A DNA stretch of 27,584 nt from a virus. Taxonomy: Duplodnaviria > Heunggongvirae > Uroviricota > Caudoviricetes. Of this stretch, positions 22,541 through 27,584 are shown in pieces. The number at the start of each line of letters is the position of its first letter. Position 1 is the first letter of the stretch. The translations under genes and the position numbers were made by a program. A model generated the notes under the pieces. The model searched no databases, was not told the origin of the DNA, and saw only the letters and a list, made by a program, of their open reading frames with translations. Where the stretch lies: IMG/VR virus record IMGVR_UViG_640753024_000006, positions 1-27,584 of that record. The stretch is one strand, 5' to 3'.

Positions 22541-25500
22541 ATGGCAGTAAAGATTTCAGGTGTACTGAAAGACGGCACAGGAAAACCGGTACAGAACTGC
22601 ACAATCCAGCTGAAAGCAAAACGTAACAGCACCACGGTGGTGGTGAACACACTGGCCTCAGAAAATCCGGATGAAGCCGGGCGTTACAGCATGGACGTTG
22701 AGTACGGTCAGTACAGCGTTATTCTGTTGGTGGAAGGCTTCCCGCCGTCACATGCCGGGACCATCACCGTGTATGAAGATTCCCGACCCGGTACGCTGAA
22801 TGATTTTCTCGGTGCCATGACGGAGGATGATGCCCGTCCTGAGGCACTGCGCCGTTTTGAACTGATGGTGGAAGAGGTGGCGCGTAACGCGTCCGCGGTG
22901 GCACAGAACACGGCAGCCGCGAAGAAGTCAGCCAGCGATGCCGGCACATCAGCCCGTGAGGCGGCAACCCATGCGACTGATGCTGCAGGCTCAGCACGCG
23001 CAGCCAGCACGTCAGCCGGACAGGCCGCGTCGTCGGCTCAGTCAGCGTCTTCCAGCGCAGGAACGGCATCAACAAAGGCTACTGAAGCATCAAAAAGTGC
23101 TGCTGCTGCAGAGTCCTCAAAAAGCGCGGCAGCTACCAGTGCCAGTGCCGCGAAAACGTCAGAAACGAATGCGGCAGCGTCACAAAAATCTGCAGCCACT
23201 TCTGCATCCGCCGCGACCACAAAGGCGTCAGAAGCTGCCACCTCAGCCCGGGATGCGGCGGCCTCAAAAGAGGCAGCGAAATCATCAGAAACGAACGCAT
23301 CATCAAGCGCCAGTAGTGCAGCTTCCTCGGCAACGGCGGCAGGAAATTCCGCGAAGGCGGCAAAGACGTCCGAGACGAACGCCAGGTCTTCTGAAACGGC
23401 AGCGGGACAGAGTGCCTCAGCTGCGGCAGGCTCAAAAACAGCGGCTGCGTCGTCTGCCAGCGCCGCGTCAACAAGTGCCGGGCAGGCCTCAGCCAGTGCC
23501 ACCGCCGCCGGAAAATCGGCAGAAAGCGCCGCATCATCCGCTTCAACAGCCACAACGAAGGCTGGCGAAGCCACTGAGCAGGCCAGCGCAGCAGCGAGGT
23601 CTGCTTCTGCAGCAAAAACCTCTGAAACAAATGCAAAGACTTCAGCAGACAATGCTGCTTCCTCTAAGGCGGCAGCCGCATCGTCCGCTGGTTCAGCGGC
23701 GTCATCGGCATCATCTGCGTCTGCTTCAAAAGATGAGGCGACCAGACAAGCGTCAGCAGCGAAAGGTAGTGCCACGACAGCAACAACGAAAGCATTAGAG
23801 GCGGCAGGCAGTGCGACGGCTGCATCTCAGAGCAAAGTTGCTGCTGAATCCGCGGCAACGCGCGCCGAGACAGCGGCAAAACGGGCAGAGGATATTGCAT
23901 CCGCCGTGGCGCTTGAGGATGCGAGCACGACGAAAAAGGGGATAGTCCAGCTCAGCAGTGCGACCAACAGTACGTCTGAAACGCTGGCGGCAACGCCAAA
24001 GGCAGTAAAATCAGCCTATGACAATGCAGAGAAACGTCTGCAGAAAGACCAGAACGGCGCTGATATACCCGATAAGGGACGCTTCCTGAACAACATTAAC
24101 GCGGTCAGTAAAACAGACTTTGCTGATAAGCGTGGTATGCGTTATGTGCGGGTTAACGCTCCTGCAGGTGCAACATCTGGAAAATATTACCCTGTTGTTG
24201 TTATGCGTTCTGCTGGCTCAGTAAGCGAACTGGCATCAAGGGTCATTATCACCACGGCAACGCGAACCGCAGGCGATCCGATGAATAACTGCGAGTTTAA
24301 CGGATTTGTTATGCCTGGTGGCTGGACTGACAGGGGGCGTTATGCTTATGGAATGTTCTGGCAATATCAAAACAATGAACGAGCCATCCACTCAATAATG
24401 ATGAGTAATAAGGGCGATGATTTGCGCTCTGTGTTCTATGTTGATGGCGCTGCTTTCCCTGTTTTTGCGTTTATCGAAGATGGCCTGTCAATATCCGCAC
24501 CTGGTGCTGATCTCGTTGTTAATGATACGACCTATAAGTTTGGTGCAACAAATCCAGCGACTGAATGTATCGCGGCGGACGTTATCCTTGATTTTAAGAG
24601 TGGGCGTGGTTTTTATGAGTCCCATTCGTTAATCGTTAACGATAACTTGTCGTGCAAAAAACTTTTTGCCACAGACGAAATTGTAGCGCGTGGTGGTAAT
24701 CAGATTCGAATGATAGGTGGGGAGTATGGTGCATTATGGCGTAATGATGGCGCTAAAACTTACCTGCTGCTTACCAATCAAGGTGATGTTTATGGTGGCT
24801 GGAATACATTAAGACCGTTTGCTATTAATAACGCAACCGGCGAACTGGTTATTGGAACCAAACTGTCCGCAAGTCTGAACGGTAATGCATTAACAGCAAC
24901 AAAGCTGCAAACGCCAAGACTGGTTTCTGGTGTTGAGTTTGATGGTTCCAGAGATATTACTTTAACCGCTGCGCATGTGGCTGCTTTTGCCAGAAGGGCA
25001 ACGGATACATATGCCGATGCGGATGGTGGCGTTCCCTGGAATGCCGAATCAGGCGCTTACAATGTCACCCGCTCTGGCGACACCTATATTCTGGTTAACT
25101 TCTATACCGGAGTCGGAAGTTGCCGGACCCTGCAGATGAAGGCGCATTACAGAAATGGTGGTCTGTTCTACCGTTCCTCAAGAGATGGCTATGGTTTTGA
25201 GGAAGACTGGGCAGAAGTTTATACCTCGAAAAATCTTCCACCAGAAAGCTACCCAGTCGGCGCACCAATCCCGTGGCCATCAGATACCGTTCCGTCTGGT
25301 TATGCCCTGATGCAGGGGCAGACTTTTGACAAATCTGCTTACCCGAAACTTGCAGCCGCTTATCCGTCAGGTGTGATCCCTGATATGCGTGGCTGGACGA
25401 TTAAGGGCAAACCTGCCAGTGGTCGGGCCGTATTGTCTCAGGAACAGGACGGCATTAAATCGCACACCCACAGCGCCAGCGCATCCAGTACGGATTTGGG

Positions 25501-25954
25501 GACGAAAACCACATCGTCGTTTGATTACGGCACTAAATCCACGAATAACACCGGGGCGCATACGCACAGTCTGAGTGGCTCTACGGGGTCTGCCGGTGTT
25601 CATACTCATGGTAATGGTATTCGTTGGCCAGGAGGCGGCGGTTCTGCGTTATCATTTTATGATGGCGGTGGGTTCACTTATGTCCAGAATTCACAGTATC
25701 AAGTAAGCCCGGAGACTTCTTCCTATAGATCGTATTATCAACGTATTCAGACACAGTCAGCAGGTGCTCATACCCACTCGCTGTCTGGTACTGCAGCAAG
25801 TTCTGGCGCACATGCACATACTGTAGGTATTGGTGCGCATACGCACTCCGTTGCGATTGGTTCACATGGACACACCATCACCGTTAACGCTGCGGGTAAC
25901 GCGGAAAACACCGTCAAAAACATCGCATTTAACTATATTGTGAGGCTTGCATAA
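22541..25954 (+). CDS. stf: Side tail fibre protein Stf (long Ala/Ser-rich repeat shaft, C-terminal HxH-repeat tip)
   Basis: N-terminus [26 protein letters not shown]... matches lambda Stf as I recall it; ~350-aa Ala/Ser/Thr-rich low-complexity region with KxSETNA repeats; C-terminal GAHTHS/HxH repeats typical of fibre tips. Confidence 0.9.
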   Translation: MAVKISGVLKDGTGKPVQNCTIQLKAKRNSTTVVVNTLASENPDEAGRYSMDVEYGQYSVILLVEGFPPSHAGTITVYEDSRPGTLNDFLGAMTEDDARPEALRRFELMVEEVARNASAVAQNTAAAKKSASDAGTSAREAATHATDAAGSARAASTSAGQAASSAQSASSSAGTASTKATEASKSAAAAESSKSAAATSASAAKTSETNAAASQKSAATSASAATTKASEAATSARDAAASKEAAKSSETNASSSASSAASSATAAGNSAKAAKTSETNARSSETAAGQSASAAAGSKTAAASSASAASTSAGQASASATAAGKSAESAASSASTATTKAGEATEQASAAARSASAAKTSETNAKTSADNAASSKAAAASSAGSAASSASSASASKDEATRQASAAKGSATTATTKALEAAGSATAASQSKVAAESAATRAETAAKRAEDIASAVALEDASTTKKGIVQLSSATNSTSETLAATPKAVKSAYDNAEKRLQKDQNGADIPDKGRFLNNINAVSKTDFADKRGMRYVRVNAPAGATSGKYYPVVVMRSAGSVSELASRVIITTATRTAGDPMNNCEFNGFVMPGGWTDRGRYAYGMFWQYQNNERAIHSIMMSNKGDDLRSVFYVDGAAFPVFAFIEDGLSISAPGADLVVNDTTYKFGATNPATECIAADVILDFKSGRGFYESHSLIVNDNLSCKKLFATDEIVARGGNQIRMIGGEYGALWRNDGAKTYLLLTNQGDVYGGWNTLRPFAINNATGELVIGTKLSASLNGNALTATKLQTPRLVSGVEFDGSRDITLTAAHVAAFARRATDTYADADGGVPWNAESGAYNVTRSGDTYILVNFYTGVGSCRTLQMKAHYRNGGLFYRSSRDGYGFEEDWAEVYTSKNLPPESYPVGAPIPWPSDTVPSGYALMQGQTFDKSAYPKLAAAYPSGVIPDMRGWTIKGKPASGRAVLSQEQDGIKSHTHSASASSTDLGTKTTSSFDYGTKSTNNTGAHTHSLSGSTGSAGVHTHGNGIRWPGGGGSALSFYDGGGFTYVQNSQYQVSPETSSYRSYYQRIQTQSAGAHTHSLSGTAASSGAHAHTVGIGAHTHSVAIGSHGHTITVNAAGNAENTVKNIAFNYIVRLA

Positions 25955-26538
25955 TGGCATTCAGAATGAGTGAACAAGCACGGACCATAAAAATTTATAA
26001 TCTGCTGGCCGGAACTAATGAATTTATTGGTGAAGGTGACGCATATATTCCGCCTCATACAGGTCTGCCAGCAAACAGTACCGATATTGCACCACCAGAT
26101 ATTCCTGCTGGCTTTGTGGCTGTTTTCAACAGTGATGAGGCATCGTGGCATCTCGTTGAAGACCATCGGGGTAAAACGGTTTATGACGTAGCGTCAGGGG
26201 ACGAGTTATTTATTTCTGAACTCGGTCCGTTACCGGAAAATGTTACCTGGTTATCGCCGGAAGGGGAGTTTCAGAAGTGGAACGGCACAGCCTGGGTGAA
26301 GGATACGGAAGCAGAAAAACTGTTCCGGATCCGGGAGGCGGAAGAAACAAAAAACAACCTGATGCAGGTAGCCAGTGAGCATATTGCGCCGCTTCAGGAT
26401 GCTGCAGATCTGGAAATTGCAACGGAGGAAGAAACCTCATTGCTGGAAGCCTGGAAAAAGTATCGGGTGTTGCTGAACCGTGTTGATACATCAACTGCAC
26501 CTGATATTGAGTGGCCTACGAACCCTGTCAGGGAGTAA
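25954..26538 (+). CDS. tfa: Tail fibre assembly chaperone Tfa
   Basis: 194 aa; start overlaps the stf stop (TAATG); conserved Tfa C-terminal region (...[25 protein letters not shown]...). Confidence 0.85.
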   Translation: MAFRMSEQARTIKIYNLLAGTNEFIGEGDAYIPPHTGLPANSTDIAPPDIPAGFVAVFNSDEASWHLVEDHRGKTVYDVASGDELFISELGPLPENVTWLSPEGEFQKWNGTAWVKDTEAEKLFRIREAEETKNNLMQVASEHIAPLQDAADLEIATEEETSLLEAWKKYRVLLNRVDTSTAPDIEWPTNPVRE

Positions 26539-26592
26539 TCATTGGGATTATGCCGCAGCACGTCTTAAGCAAGAACGTGCTGCGGTTGGATG

Positions 26593-27249
26593 CTATTTTT
26601 TCCCTGAAGCGGAAAACATTACTACAGTACCTTGAACCTTGGTTTTAACATTCTCGAAATGCTCTGAGAGTATATGTGTTAAGCCTTCTTCGGAATCTTT
26701 TGTGTTTGAAAAGATGCCTTTCTGATTGTAAATGCGCATCAGTTTTTGACCGAAGCTATTGTGCACAACTCCATCGCCAAGAATTGTGGCTCCGTATAGA
26801 GTTCCATCGTCAGTTAAGGCCTGCGCCGCATTGCGTATTACACAGCTTTTTGTAGATATATTTCCAGGCAGGCAGTGAAGAAGGTAAAACATGGAAATGG
26901 AATCAAATTGACCATGTAACGCCGCGGGATAAGGTTCAAAAACATCATGGCTAATTTTATGTTTAATTTTTGATTCCCCAGCCCTTGTCGATGCCGCGTT
27001 CAGGCTAGCTTCGTTCAAATCCATTAAAGATATCAGACTACTCTCAGGTACGTGGGTAAGGTAAAACCCAGTTCCAACACCAATATCCAGATGGTTGTTA
27101 CCTACATGTTCCAGAAAGTGTGGAAGAAGGTGTTCCTTTGTAGGACATCCCCATGCAAGCCGATTTGATACTCCCAAAACCCACCAGTCATAAAGCTTTA
27201 GGGTAAGTGGTGTGTAAATTTTAGCCCCATCATCTGTGTTTTTTTTCAT
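26593..27249 (-). CDS. Class I SAM-dependent methyltransferase (substrate unknown), AT-rich
   Basis: Motif I HLDIGVGTGFY (hh-D-h-G-x-G-x-G); GGTGA RBS before ATG 27249; opposite strand to the fibre genes. Confidence 0.75.
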   Translation of the reverse strand: MKKNTDDGAKIYTPLTLKLYDWWVLGVSNRLAWGCPTKEHLLPHFLEHVGNNHLDIGVGTGFYLTHVPESSLISLMDLNEASLNAASTRAGESKIKHKISHDVFEPYPAALHGQFDSISMFYLLHCLPGNISTKSCVIRNAAQALTDDGTLYGATILGDGVVHNSFGQKLMRIYNQKGIFSNTKDSEEGLTHILSEHFENVKTKVQGTVVMFSASGKK

Positions 27250-27317
27250 TGATTTCACCATGTTATAGTTTTATTTGTGAATTAAATCAATTATGGCGAT
27301 GAATTACAAGGGGTTAA

Positions 27318-27584
27318 ATGCTGCCGCAGCATAGCGATATTGAAATAGCCTGGTATGCTTCGATACAGCAGGAGCCGAATGGCTGGAAGACCGTCACCAC
27401 ACAGTTCTACATCCAGGAATTCAGTGAGTATATTGCGCCACTGCAGGATGCTGTAGATCTGGAAATCGCAACGGAGGAAGAAAGATCGTTGCTGGAGGCA
27501 TGGAATAAATATCGGGTATTGTTGAATCGTGTTGATACATCAACTGCACCTGATATTGAGTGGCCGACTTCACCTGCAGAGTAA
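27318..27584 (+). pseudogene. Truncated second tfa copy (Tfa C-terminal domain only)
   Basis: C-terminal ~50 aa ([46 protein letters not shown]) near-identical to the Tfa C-terminus at 26383-26538; the N-terminal 35 aa are unrelated. Confidence 0.5.

Noticed and set aside
22708-23900. Multiple long ORFs on both strands overlapping stf (for example 22938-23798 plus, 23038-23775 minus, 23133-23636 minus)
   Set aside because: They lie entirely inside the Ala/Ser-rich repeat-coding part of stf, where GCN/TCN-rich repeats remove stop codons in several frames. Their translations are low-complexity Pro/Arg/Gln or Ala/Asp strings with no RBS, so they are frame artefacts of the repeat.

Overview
The window reads as a mosaic, defective lambdoid prophage of an Escherichia/Enterobacteriaceae-type genome, laid out in canonical prophage order. 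All calls come from reading the six-frame translations and the DNA by eye (motifs, RBS, gene order, remembered families); no database search was run. Left to right: a flanking membrane-protein gene with terminator (1-500); integrase and excisionase; a leftward early operon with a DnaQ-like exonuclease and a 510-aa unknown protein instead of a recognisable exo/bet pair; an AT-rich unknown gene cluster; a ParE/RelE-type toxin-antitoxin pair directly downstream of a DicA/RacR-like repressor; divergent Cro-like and YdaT-like genes; a replication module (initiator with internal iterons, DnaC-like loader); a nin-like region (DUF4406, hok-type toxin, DUF968, RusA); a Q-like antiterminator with a pR'/tR'-like late control region. 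Immediately after tR' sits the most striking cargo: an AT-rich, translationally coupled Hanks-type Ser/Thr kinase plus PP2C-type phosphatase pair with its own palindrome and terminator. Further right are a small wHTH gene and a DNA N6-adenine methyltransferase, four tightly packed tRNA-like genes (one aberrant), an empty cargo site, a lysis cassette with an M15 endolysin, and a lambda-like cos site. The terminase small-subunit gene (Nu1) is fused near its 3' end to the 3' end of lom, so the whole head and tail module is deleted and the element cannot make virions. The side tail fibre genes stf and tfa survive, followed by an AT-rich SAM-methyltransferase gene on the opposite strand bracketed by direct repeats of the tfa 3' end.
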